Shown: positions 35,130 through 47,084 of the stretch, piece after piece
Position numbering within the stretch: the first letter of the stretch is position 1
Layout of the letters: each line of letters begins with the position of its first letter
Assembly: GCF_963921235.1 (NCBI RefSeq)
Contig: NC_086113.1
Coordinates: 25,048,001 to 25,112,000, forward strand
Origin: Mobula hypostoma
Lineage: Eukaryota
DNA length: 64,000 nt
Direction of reading: 5' to 3'
The notes under the pieces: model-generated
Told to the model about the DNA's origin: nothing
Seen by the model: only the letters and a program-made list of their open reading frames with translations
The model's database searches: none
Program-made: the position numbers and the translations under genes

Positions 35130-35310
35130 CTACTTTGTTTTTCACATCCACGGATGCTGCTTTCATAGTATGTAGCTAGTTGTGCAACCCTTCTTCAAGG
35201 TGACATCAAAGAGTCTTTTTATGTTCAGCTTTTAATGTATATTTAAAATCAGATAGGGCCTTGGTTCAACAGCTCATCCAAACAACAGCTCCTCAAACAA
35301 AAATTGCATT

Positions 35311-35700
35311 AGTGTCGCAGTCACACTCATGCAATCATCTGTTTAAGCTTCTTCCATCTGGCAGATGTTATAAGATTTTCTATGCCCGCACTTCCAGACT
35401 GAAAAATAGCTTTTTTTCCCAGAGCGATAATTGCTCTGAACCAATCGATCAAGCATCATCCATAAATTTGTTATATTGCTACTTTAATACTGGTTTTATG
35501 GCTGTCATGCGTCTGAGTTGTGCTTTTGTACTGCTGGACGTTGCTTGTACTGGCTGGTTACTTGATTTTGTTTATTGTTTATTTATTTTATTTGTTGTTT
35601 TATAGCATTGAGTACGAGAGTTGCAAACTCATTTTCACTGTATTAGTGCATGACAAATTGTACTGTGCAATGACAATAAAGACATTTCAATTTCAATTTC
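35311..35700 (+). mobile_element. Rex/Babar-related 3' fragment with (TTTCAA)n tail
   Basis: HLFKLLPSGRCY...RTSRLKNSFF; GACAATAAAGACATTTCAATTTCAATTTC. Confidence 0.75.
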
Positions 35701-36084
35701 AAGAACTTCTGAACAAAAGACCCTGGAATCCACAACCATTTGACTTAGAGACAGGTGTACTAACCAATGAGAAACATGACAAAATGAATGATAAAAACAA
35801 TAAAAAGGATATCCTGTAAATCATGCAAAATCTGAGGCAAGATTTCACCCTTGGAATACTGTTGTCTGTAACTCGCTCTACAACTGGTATCCGCCTTGTT
35901 GAATGTTTCCTTCATTTTTTTATATAAAGGGACATTTATTCCAAATTCCTTTCCTTTGAAAGGCTTGGGTCCACTTGATCAATTAGTTGTACTTTTTCAC
36001 TGCAAAAAAAGATCAATTCTGTACGAGTGATTAAAGTATTACAGAATTTATCAAGAATTGTTGGTGTTTGGAAGGTTAAGCAAT

Positions 36085-36903
36085 GCTTCAACTTCATACT
36101 TACATCTATACTCACATCATTCCACAGAGGCGCAGTAGAGAGCATCGTGACAAACTGCATCAATGCAATGTATAGAAACTGCATTGCGGCAGACAGGAAG
36201 GTTCTGCAACTGGTAGACAACAGCGCCCAGTGCATTACCAGAACTAGCCTACAAACCATCAAGGGCATATAGACAGAAGGTGCCAGAAAAGAACTAGTAA
36301 CATCATGCAGGATCCCACCCACCCTGCTCATGGACTGATTGTCCCACTCTTATCAGGAAAGAATCTATGTAGCTTTCACACCAGGACCACTAGACTTAAA
36401 AACAGTTACTTTTGCCAAGCAGTGAGGCTGACTAACATCTCCACCCACTAACTCACGTCTTCACAGCCCCCGCCACCAATACTTTATCATTTGCTGTCAG
36501 TCACCTGTGGACAGACACTCCTGTGTCTGGAGTCATTTTATGGAGATACAATCAATCTATGTATATAAGCTATCTTACATACTTATATTGATTATGCTTT
36601 TTCATTATTATTGTGTTCCTTATTGTGTTTTTTGTACTGCTTTGGATTCGAAGTAACAATTATTTCATCCTTCTTTACACTTGTGTAGTGGAAACTGTGT
36701 TGTATCTGTATACATATAAAGAACTTCAGTTCCCAATGTGCTGTTCCACCAGGACCGGAAGTGACATGGGTGAGCTGGTTGCACGCGCTCGTGCCAGGCT
36801 GAAGCCATTACTGGAGTGCACAGTAAATAAAAATGTTAGTTTTATCCATGCTGTTTGTCTTTATTAAGAATAAACATAACAGAAATGATCATCTTGAATC
36901 TTA
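36085..36903 (+). mobile_element. Rex/Babar-related 3' fragment hosting a solo LTR
   Basis: ILTSFHRGAVESIVTNCI...DRKVLQ; (ATCTTGA)n-type tail after the LTR. Confidence 0.75.
36696..36881 (+). mobile_element. Gypsy solo LTR related to 27381-27564
   Basis: TGT...AACA, 186 bp; shares GAACTTCAGTTCCCA and GTCTTTATTA with the 27381 LTR; TSD GAAAC/GAAAT. Confidence 0.85.
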
Positions 36904-37356
36904 CATATGATAAAGGTAACAACAATGTTTGCATAAAATCATTAATACTTAACCTAATTACATGATGAAGGGTTTCCGGCCTGAGATATTAACTCTTTTT
37001 TTTCCCCTTTTATCTGTGGACTAACCAGCTGGGATTTTTTTTGTATCTTCTATTTTTGTTTTAGATTTCCTGCATCCCTAGTCTATCTTTTTATTTTAAT
37101 GATCAAATGATGAATATGTCCTTCCCGTTGCTGTTTTGAATTGCCAGTGTTCTATCTCTCAGTGAGGTTATGGTATCTTCATTTTTAAATTCCAAACTTT
37201 CCTTGGCTCCTTTCATGTTCTTGTCAAACAAAAAAAAAAATCTGTTGATGTCAAGTTTAAAATATAGTTATTTCTCTTGAGATTTCCATATCTAACAGAT
37301 TTTAACAGAGTAGTGCTCCCCAGCCTTTCTGGCTCTGTTTTGATTGCTTCCTTCTT

Positions 37357-37645
37357 TGGCATGGTAACATAGCAGTTACTGGGACACTATAACAGCTCGG
37401 GGCATCAGAGTTTGGAGTTCAATCCCAGCACCCCCTGTAATGAATTTGTCCACTCTGAAGTGTGTGGATTTCCTCCGGGTGCTCTGGTTTTCTACAACAG
37501 TCCAAAATAATACCAGTCAGTAGGTTAATTGGTCATTGTAAATTGTCCTGTGATTAGGCTATGATTAAATTGGAGGTTGCTGGCAGCTTGGCTCAAAGGG
37601 TGAGAACTGCCTTTTCTGCACTGTGCCTCTGAATAAATAAACATC
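37357..37645 (+). mobile_element. V-domain SINE (HE1-like)
   Basis: tRNA-like head (TGGCATGGTAACATAGCAG...GGAGTTCAATCCC) and V core GGATTTCCTCCGGGTGCTCTGGTTT...TCCAAA. Confidence 0.7.
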
Positions 37646-37649
37646 TAAG

Positions 37650-37950
37650 CAAGGGGGAATCATTTTAAGGTGATTGTTGGAAAGTATAGAAAGGATATTA
37701 GAGACAAATTCTAACAGAGAGTTGTTTGTGTGTGGAATGCCCTGAGAGTGGTGGTGGTAGAGGCAGATATATTGGGGCATTTAAGAAAATTTTAGGTAGA
37801 CACGTGTATGATAGAAAAATGGTGAACAATGTAGGAGGGAAGCGTTAGATTGTTCTGAGAATAAGTTATAAAGTCAGCACCAACATTGTGGGCCAAAAGC
37901 GTCTGTACTGTGCTATAATATTTTGTTTTCTATTTTCTATGTTCTGTATT
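37650..37950 (+). mobile_element. Older CR1 3' fragment
   Basis: TGGAATGCCCTG..GTGGTGGTAGAGGCAGATA...CAACATTGTGGGCC...CTGTACTGTGCT with a (TTCTATG)n tail. Confidence 0.7.
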
Positions 37951-39104
37951 CTCTCAAGATTGGACTAAAATTTCTGTGTACCTGCCTTCTGTTTTGTTTT
38001 AGAAAGAAAAATCAAATCTCTCACTTATATTTGATATTTGCCAGAAATAATGCCATCATGACATGGGCCTATGCACACTTGCTTTTTTATACGCTTCCCT
38101 TTGATGATTCGTAAGTCTTTTCAAATGCAGGCTAATGTCAATAGTTTCAGCCACATTTTCCTGCAAGATCCAAGTCTTGATGTTATTAATTGATCTTTAG
38201 GAATAGAAGCACTTTACTGTGAGCAGAGGTTAAGTAGGGTTACTGGAATTTACTGGAATTCAAAAGGATGAAAGGAGATTCCATTTAAATATAAGAAAAT
38301 TCTGAGTTGAAATGACAGGCTGAAGATAATGGTTTCAAAGTAAGCTGTTCCCAGTTAAATAATACTGTACAATGAAGAAACATTACGCAGTAATTTTTGG
38401 AACTTTGATTTCTCTGCTCTAGAGGGCTGTAAATATTTTTGATATATTCAAGGCTGAGGTATTATTGGACTCAATTGCAATCAAGGGATATGGGGTTCAA
38501 ACAGAAAAGTGGAAATAAGTAAGCTTAGAAGTAAGTGGGGTGAGTTTGGTAGAAATGTTTCTTGCAAAGGAACCACTAACCTGGTAAGTTATAGCAAGTG
38601 AAAGATACCTGTGAAATGCAAATTACCACAGTGTACTAAGTGTTTGGTGCTTCTATTTATTGCAGATTTATGTTGCCAATCAAGTTGACCGGCCCAACAA
38701 AGGAACAATATAAACGTTGAATATAATTGCTGCAGGCAATAAATTGCGATTGGAGATTTCCTAAATATAGAACTTCAGTAAATCCAAATATTCTTTATCT
38801 CTCTCACCACATTTGATTTGTCTCTAGTTTGCCTTTCTTTCCTGTCGTTCTTCTCTATTTCATTTCTTTAAACTCCTACCCTTCAAGTTAATAGACAATT
38901 GGTCCCGTAGTTGAGAAAGACCCTAGAGAACTTGTTAGCAGACACATAAGAAAAAAGTAAACAAAACTGAAACTAAATGAATTTTGACCTTTATGTCCAA
39001 AATTTGCAGTTTATGGCTGTCATGAGACAAACCATAGTTTATTGCCCACCCCCTTTCACTCTTGAGAAGATCTGGTGGGACACCTTTTTGATTCACTATA
39101 TACA

Positions 39105-39545
39105 GTATTCATTATAGATAGGATGTAGACATTTCAGAGAGAGTGCAGAAGAGATTTACCAAGATGCTGCCTGGATTAGTGAGCATGTCTTATGAAGATA
39201 GGCTGAGTGAGCTCAGCCTTTCCTCTTTTGAGCAAAGCAAGGTGACTTGATAAAAGGCATAGATAGACTGCCAGTGACCATGGAAATAGCAAATACGAGG
39301 GGCCTTTGAGGAAAGTATAAGGGGAATATCAGAGTCAGATCTTTAAAATGAGGGGGAGGTAGCAGAAGCGTGATGTATTAGGGACACTTAAGAGACTCTT
39401 AGATAAGCACATGGATGAAAGTAAAATAGAGGGCTGAGGGCTATGTGGGAGTGAATCGTTAGATTGTTAGAGAAGGTTAAAAAGTCAACACAAGATATTG
39501 AGTTGAAAGGCCTGTGCGGTACTGTACTGTTCTGTGTTCTGTTCT
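39105..39545 (+). mobile_element. Older CR1 3' fragment
   Basis: GAGAGAGTGCAGAAGAGATTTACCAAGATGCTGCCTGGA (ERVQKRFT.MLPG) and a (GTTCT)n tail. Confidence 0.7.
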
Positions 39546-40500
39546 TCTGGTGAAGGCTCTAACACAGTGTTATTGGGTAGGGAGTTCCAGGACTTACAGT
39601 ATATTACCATTCTTTCATTGTTATCCTGTATATTTCCAAGTTGGGATAGTGCCTGACCTGATGGGAATCTATCGTTAACGGTTTTCTTCTGCAGCTGCTT
39701 CCCCACACTTTATAAGAAGGAGGTGTCATGGATTGGGATGTGCTGCATAGCAGAGCCTTTGGTAAGGAACGACCTTGCATTTCATACATGGTATTCCACA
39801 GCATTTCTGATCTGTGCTTTTGCAGACAGACTCTGTAGAAGCTCGGTGAACAACTCACAGCAGGATATCCAGCCTTTGACTTACTTGCACACAGTCACGT
39901 TGTTTATTTGTCTGGTTTAGGTATATTCCTGATTAATACTAATTCCTAGGAGGTTGATAGTGACAAGGATCAGAAATGGCAATGGCATTAGCTATGAAGA
40001 GTAAGAGATCATTTCTTGGCACACACATAAAGGACAAGCTGCAAGAAGTCCTACTCCAACCAATTCCCTTTCATTACTGTTGCTCTGCAGAATATATTGT
40101 TACAGGGAAACGATGAGAAAAAGATATGTGTGTTGCTCCAAATTTCCAGAATCGCTTGTGTTTAAGAGATCAATAAATTGCGCATTTTTTCACACTTTGA
40201 CCTACTTTAGTTTCTTCTTTGGAAAGAAAGCAATTTCAAAATGTTCTGTTTTGTTGGAGTGGTGGGGAAAGGATATTCTAACTGGTTTCACCAACATCTG
40301 ATTTAGAGAGGCCAATGCAGAGAATCAAAAAAAAGCTGCAGAGGGAGTAAATTCAGCCTGCTCCGTCATAAGTACTGGACGCCTCATCATCCAGGACATT
40401 TTCAAAAGGAAATGCCTCAAAAAAATTGCATCCATCATTAAGGACTTCATGACCCAGAACATACCTTATATTCCTTATATACCTTATATATATATAAGGA

Positions 40501-41570
40501 TCTCAGGATCTTCTCCATCAACTTACCAACCACTGAAGTAAGACTCACTGGTCTATAATTTCCTGGGCTATCTCTACTCCCTTTCTTGAATAAGGGAACA
40601 GCATCTGCAACCCTCCAATCCTCTGGAACCTCTCCTGTCCCCACTGATGATGCAAAGATCATCGCCAGAGACTCAGCAATCTCCACCCTTGCCTCCCACA
40701 GTAGCCTGGGGTATATCTCGTCTGGTCCCAGTGACTTATCCAACTTGATGCTTTCCAAAAGCTCCAGCACATCCTCTTTCTTAATATCTACATGTTCGAG
40801 CTTTCAGTCTGCTGTAAGTCATCCCTACAATTGCCAAAATCCTTTTTCGTAGTGAATACTGAAGTAAAGTACTCATTAAGTACCTCTGCTGTCTCCTCCG
40901 GTTCCAAACGCACTTTTGCACTGTCACACTTGATTGGTCCTATTCTTTCACATCTTATCCTCTTGCTCTTCACACACTTGTAGAATGCCTTGGGGTTTTT
41001 CTTAACCCTGTCCGCCAAGGCCTTCTCATGGCCCCTTCTGGCTCTCCTAATTTCTTTGTTAAGCTCCTTCCTGCTAGCCTTATAATCTTCTAGATTTCTA
41101 TCATTACTTAGTTTTTTGAAACTTTCATAAGCTCTTCTTTTCTTCTTGACTAGATTTACAACAGCCTTTGTACACCCATGCTCCTGTACCCTACCATCCT
41201 TTTCCTGTCTCATTGGAACGTACCAGTGCAGAACTCCATGCAATTATTCCCTGAACTTTTGCCACATTTCTTCCATACATTTCCCTGAAAACATCTGTTC
41301 CCAATTTATGCTTCCAAGTTCTTGCCTGATAGCCTCATATTTTTCCTTACTCCAATTAAACACTTTCCTAACTTATCTGTTCCTATCCCTCTCCAATGCT
41401 ATGGTAAAGGAGATATAACTGTGATCACTATCTCCAAAATGCTCTCCCACTGAGAGATCTGACACCTGACCTGGTTCATTTCCCAATACCAGTACAGCCT
41501 CTCTTCTTGTAAGCTTATTGTGTCAAGAAACCTTCCTGAACACACCTAACAAACTCCATCCTATCTAAAT
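40501..41570 (-). mobile_element. Internal CR1 ORF2 fragment of a different subfamily, lacking its 3' end
   Basis: KNPKAFYKCVKSKR...AEVLNEYF.SVFT; KSLGPDEIYPR...NYRPVSLTSVVGKLMEKILR, then an abrupt stop in TA-rich filler. Confidence 0.9.
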
Positions 41571-42128
41571 AGATATATATTTCTTATTTAAACATATTAT
41601 ATTTTATGTATTGCACTGCCACCTATCAACTGATTTCATGACATATGACGATGATAATCAACTTGAATCTGATTCTGATTCTGAATTACAAACCAACATC
41701 ACGCTGTTCATTAAGTGGGAAATAATAAGAAATATGTACATTAGCACAGGCAACACCAAGGTCAGACTCAATGTCTCCCGTCGATGACGTTCATCAAAAT
41801 TGGATTTAAGCTTCTGTCTTGCTCTTGACCTTTATGATGATTTCATTCTGATAATGCTTGTGGTATTGTTCCTTGAAAGGATTTTTTTCAATGAGTTGAG
41901 AAAAGGGTAACAGAGGTTATGGAAATTTGAAGCTTTAATGAGTTTACCTTTGAGGATCAAAGTAAGACCAGGGGAAATCTTTTTTTTCAGTAAATACATA
42001 ATTCCAATGCATAAATTGCTCCTAATTCTGGAAGATTTGGATTGAGGGAAAAAAGAGATTATTCACTAGTCCATCAGTGTCTTTATCAACATCGAGACAA
42101 TGGACATTGCAACTTGCCTATCACCACA

Positions 42129-43782
42129 ATAGATGCCTTCTATGCCCACTTTGAAAGGGAGAACACAACGACATCTGTGAAGATCCCTTCTGCTTCTGAT
42201 GACCCTGTGATCTCTGTCTCAGAGGCCGATATTAGGCTGTCTTTAAAGAGAGTGAACCCTCGCAATGTGGAAGGTCCAGATGGAGTATCTGGCAATGCTC
42301 TGAAAACTTATGCCGACCAACTTGCGGAAGTATTCAAGAACATTTTCAACCTCTCACTGCTACAGGCGGAAGATCACACTTGCTTCAAAAAGGCAACAAA
42401 TATACCACTGCCTGAGAAGAATAATGAGAGCTGCCTTAATGACTATCTCCCAGTAGCACTCACATCTACAGTGATAAAACGCTTTGAGAAGTTGGTCATG
42501 ACTAGCCTGAAATCCTGCCTCAGTAAGGACCAGGACCCATTGCAATTTGCCTATCGCCACAATAGGTCAATTGCAAACACAATCTCAATGCTTCTCCACA
42601 CAGCGTTAGACCACCTGGACAACACAAACACCTAAGTCAGGATGTTGTTCGTCGACTATAGTTCAGCATTTAATACCATCATTCCCACAATCCTTACTGA
42701 GAAGTTGCAGAACCTGGGCCTCTGTACTCTCTCTGCAATTAGATCCTTGACTTCCTAACCAGAAGATGCAACCTGTGCGGATTGGTGATAACATACCCTC
42801 CTCGCTGACAATCAACACTGACGCACCTCAGGGGTGTGTGGTTAGCCCACTGCTCTACTCTATATATACACATGACTGTGTGGCAAGGCATAGCTCAAAT
42901 GCCATCTATAGATTTGCTGACGATACAACCATTGTCAGTAGAATCTCAGGTGGTGACGAGAGGGCATACAGGAGTGAGGTATGCACACTTGTGGAGTGGT
43001 GCCACAGCAACAGCCTGGCACACAACAAAAGAATACATACCAATCCCCATAGAGGGATCAGAAGTGGAGAGAGTGAGCAGTTTCAAGTTCCTGGGTGTCA
43101 AGCTCTCTAGGGATATAACCTGGTCCCAGTATGTCAATGTAGTTATAAAGAAGGCAAGGCAAGGACTATACTTCATTAGGAGTTTGAAGAGATTTGGCAT
43201 GTCAACAATTACACTCTATAGGTGTACCGTGCAGACCATTCTGACAGTTTGCATCATGGTCTGGAATGTGGGTTGGGCGGGGGGGTGGGGCGGGGTTGCT
43301 ACTGCACAGGACCGAAAAAAGCTGCAGAAGGTTATAAATCTAGTCAGCTCCATCTAGGGTACTAACCTACAAAGTACCCAGGACATCTTCAGGGAGTGGT
43401 GTCTCAGAAGGGCAGCATCGATTATTAAGGACTTCCAGCACCCAAGACATGCTCTTTTCTCACTGTTACCATCAGGTAGGAGGTACAGAAGCCTGAAGGC
43501 ACACACTCAGTGATTCAAGAACAGCTTCTTCTCCTCTGACATCCAATTCCTAAATGCACATTGAACCCTTGAACACTACCACACTTTTTTAATATACAGT
43601 ATTTCTGTTTCTTGCACATTTTAAATCTATTCAATATAAATATACTGTAATTAATTTACTTATTTATTTGTTATTTTTTTTTCTCTTCTACATTATGTAT
43701 TGCATTGAACTGCTGCCGCTAAGTTAACAAATTTCACGTCACATGCCGGTGATAATAAACCTGATTCTGATTCTGATTCTGA
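42129..43782 (+). mobile_element. Rex1/Babar LINE, 5'-truncated, RT pseudogene
   Basis: EGPDGV, NDYLPVALTS, DPLQFAYR, APQGCV.SPLLYS.YTHD, FADDT; (ATTCTG)n tail; small deletion near 43025. Confidence 0.93.
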
Positions 43783-44992
43783 TCAATGGCAGATAAGATC
43801 TCAATGGCTCTCCACATGCTTTTAGAATACCTGGACAACACAAACACCTATGTCAGGATGCTGTTCATCAACTATACCTCAGCATTTAATACCATCATTC
43901 CCACAATCTTAATTGAGAAGTTACAGAACCTGAGCCTCCGCACCTCCCTCTGTAATTGGATCCTTGACTTTCCAACTGGAAGACCACAATCTGTGTGGAT
44001 TGGTGATAACATATCCTCCTCGCTGACGATCAACACTGGTGCACCTCAGGGGTGTGTGCTTAGCCCACTGCTCTACTCTCAATATACGCATGACTGTGTG
44101 GCTAGGTATAGCTCTAATACTACCTATAAATTTGCTGATGATACAAACATTGTTGGTAGAATCTCAGATGGTAACGAAAAGGTGTACAGAAGCGAGATAT
44201 GCCAACTAGTGGAGTGGTGTCACTACAACAACCTGTCACTCAATGTCAGTAAGATGAAAGAGCTGAATGCGGACTTCAGGAAGGATAAGATGAAGGAATA
44301 CAGGACAATCCTCACAGAGGGATCAGAAGTAGAGAGAGAGAACAGTTTCAAGTTCCTGAGTGTCTAGATCTCTGAGGATCTAACCTGGTCCCAACATATC
44401 GATGTAGTTATAAAGAAGGCAAGATAGCGGCTATTATTAAGAGTTTGAAGAGATTTGACATGTCAACAAATACACTCAAAAACATCTACGTATGTAACGT
44501 GGAGAGTTTTCTGGCAGGCTGCATCACTGTCTGGTATGGAAGAGCTACTGAACATGACTGAAAGAAGCTGCAGAGGGTTGTAAATTTAGTTGGCTCCATC
44601 TTGGGTACTAGCCTCAAAGTACCCAGGACATCTTCAAGGAGCGGTGTCTCAGAAAGGCAATGTCCATTGTTAAGGGCCTCCAGCACCCAGGGCATGCCCT
44701 TTTCTCACTGTTACCATCAGGTAGGAGGAAGCAAACCCTGAAGGCACACACTCAGTGATGCAGGAACAGCTTCTTCTCCTCTGCCACCCAATTCCTAAAT
44801 GGATATTGAACCCTTGAACCCTCTGCTTTTGTGTGGTTTTTGACCTATTCAATATACGTATACTGTAATTGATTTATTTATTTATTATTCTTTTTCTTCA
44901 ATATTATGTATTGCATTGAACTGCTGCTCCTAAGTTAACATATTTCATGTCACATGCCGGTGATAATAAACCTGATTCTGATTCTGATTCTG
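43783..44992 (+). mobile_element. Second Rex1/Babar LINE directly abutting the tail of the first
   Basis: ORF 43786-44367 with [14 protein letters not shown] and KFADDT; (ATTCTG)n tail. Confidence 0.93.
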
Positions 44993-45855
44993 AATAATCT
45001 TTACCCCCTTGGGTAATAAAATTAAGACTATTAATTATCAGAAAATAAATTATTTCATTGTGTTATAAAACCCTATTGGCCCTCTTGTGTATATCTGAAG
45101 TTTTTGTATGGCAGAATTGCCTTAAACGATTATTATCCAAGTTTATGTAAAACGTCTCATCATATGAAGAGAACTGTGGACAGCAAAAGTAAAAACTGAA
45201 GGCAGTATGGGATACCTTTTATTTGGTTAACTCTCCATAGGGAAGCTACCCCCATATGAAGACATTGTGAGTTAAAAAAAGGTTAAATGCTTCCATTCTC
45301 TAAAATTGAAAAGTAAACTGAGTCTGTGCAAAAGCAAATTGAATTATATAAAAGATTCTTTGTGAGTACACATTTAGCCATAAACATTTATCTCATAGGC
45401 ATGTCTTAATTCTAAAATGACCATATTGTTGAAAGCTTCCAAACATTAGAAATGATTTTGATATATATAACTATATTGCAGTTCATCATGGAAATAAGTG
45501 ACTGTGATTTTATTATTCACAATAGATGAAAATTTACAAATAATAAATAAAAAATACCAGCTGCAAGCTGGTAAATTAATGCATTTATGTAAAAATCCAT
45601 TGCACTTTCGAACAATTGTTAACCAATAGGTATTGAAATGAGGCACTGGGTCATTTTGCATGCATGTATTTAGGAGAAAGTTAAGCTCCTTAACTTTTGA
45701 ACAAATTATTTGATTTCTGGAAATATATAATCATAATTTATTTTATTACTTTTGTAATTTTGAATTGCAACTGTGATATAGAGTTTGCAAGTCCAGACTT
45801 ATAAAGTTTCTATTCATGACTATCCAATTAAGAGAACAGTGAGGAGTTACTGAAA

Positions 45856-46000
45856 TAACAACAACAACAACATCAACAATAATAATAATAATAATATTAT
45901 ATACTTTATTGATCCTGAATGGGAAATGTATTCGTTACAGCAGCAATATTCGAAAACACACAGCAGTGTGCAGACTTAACTAATAATAAAGTACAGAGTA
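45856..46000 (-). mobile_element. Short LINE 3' end with (ATT)n/(GTT)n microsatellite tail
   Basis: Minus strand ...ATTTCCCATTCAGGATCAATAAAGTATATAATTATTATTATT; (AAC)n(AAT)n on the plus strand at 45856-45897. Confidence 0.6.
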
Positions 46001-47084
46001 CACATGTAAATGTTTCTCTTGTAAGTTAGGCAGCCCTAATATAAGTTTGTTGTTGGTGTTTCCAATGACAAGGGAGACTTTTTTTCACAATGTTGATTTA
46101 ATAGGTGCTGGAAACGACTGTGTTGAATTGCCAAAGGACCATTTTAATGGGCTTCCGAAGGGTCAGTGTAACTGAGTGGAATGGGTGGTTTATTGATTCA
46201 TCATAGTTTAATGAATGCTCCAGCAACCTAATTTTTTCCAAGTGGTCGTTAAATCTATATTGGGTTATACTGCAAATGGGAGATCTTGGCAGACACAAGA
46301 GACAGCATATAAGACTGCATTGCCAGCTGTAAAAAAAGAACTGAGGCTGATTGTAAAAAAAGCAGGAACAGCCCTTCTCTTCAGGCTGAGTACTAACAAC
46401 TCTGGTAGCACTGATTTTATTACCTAGTCAATAAAACAGAGTGGTGGAATAACCATTCAGCATTATATAGTGTGAAAGCAAGTCACAATGTTCAGACTGT
46501 GATTACCACTTTGAGGAATTGAACACTTACCACTTTTGTAAACTGGAAGTGGCCAACACCACTGATGATATTTTACCAACAGCATTTTTTTTTTGGTTTA
46601 AAATAGAAAAAAAACTTCCAAGTGAGGTCAGGCAGACCTTGTGGGGAGAACAAAATGAAGTTAATATTTCCGGTTGATGGCATTTCGTCAGAACTCACAA
46701 TCTGCCTGATTTTCAGAGTATTTTCAACATATCTGATTTTATTTCTGCAGTTGCCATGTTTTGCTTTGGGATTGTTTTTAATTTATTAAAGGAGAGTACG
46801 GCCTCATCAATACTGGGACAGTTATTAGATTTCAGTATACTGTTTATAATGGGCAATTCTTCATACCCAGGGGATGTCTGAAAGATATCCAGGCTCGTAA
46901 CTGGTGGGCCATTGCTTCAGCATCTCTGATGACTGTTTGAATCAGTTGTGTCTTACATAAGGTAACGTACATTGTACTTCACTGCTGGAAATAAATTGCA
47001 ATGGGCAGCAGCCACAGGAGCCAAGACTGTACCTGCTCCATTTCATATCACCAGAAATAAACTAGGTGAGCCAGGTGCAGTGTA

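Larger units (their letters stand above)
34262..35772 (-). mobile_element. Old SacSINE1-like SINE split by three later insertions; boundaries approximate
   Basis: Segments 34262-34460, 35185-35310 and 35701-35772 join into the same family as 2175-2560 (GAGGGATAAATATTGG..., CCCTTCTTCAA, tRNA-like head at the right end). Confidence 0.55.

Noticed and set aside
34181-35184. MITE or Pack-type element with 53-bp TIRs
   Set aside because: No TSD outside the arms, and the enclosed SINE continues beyond the right arm.
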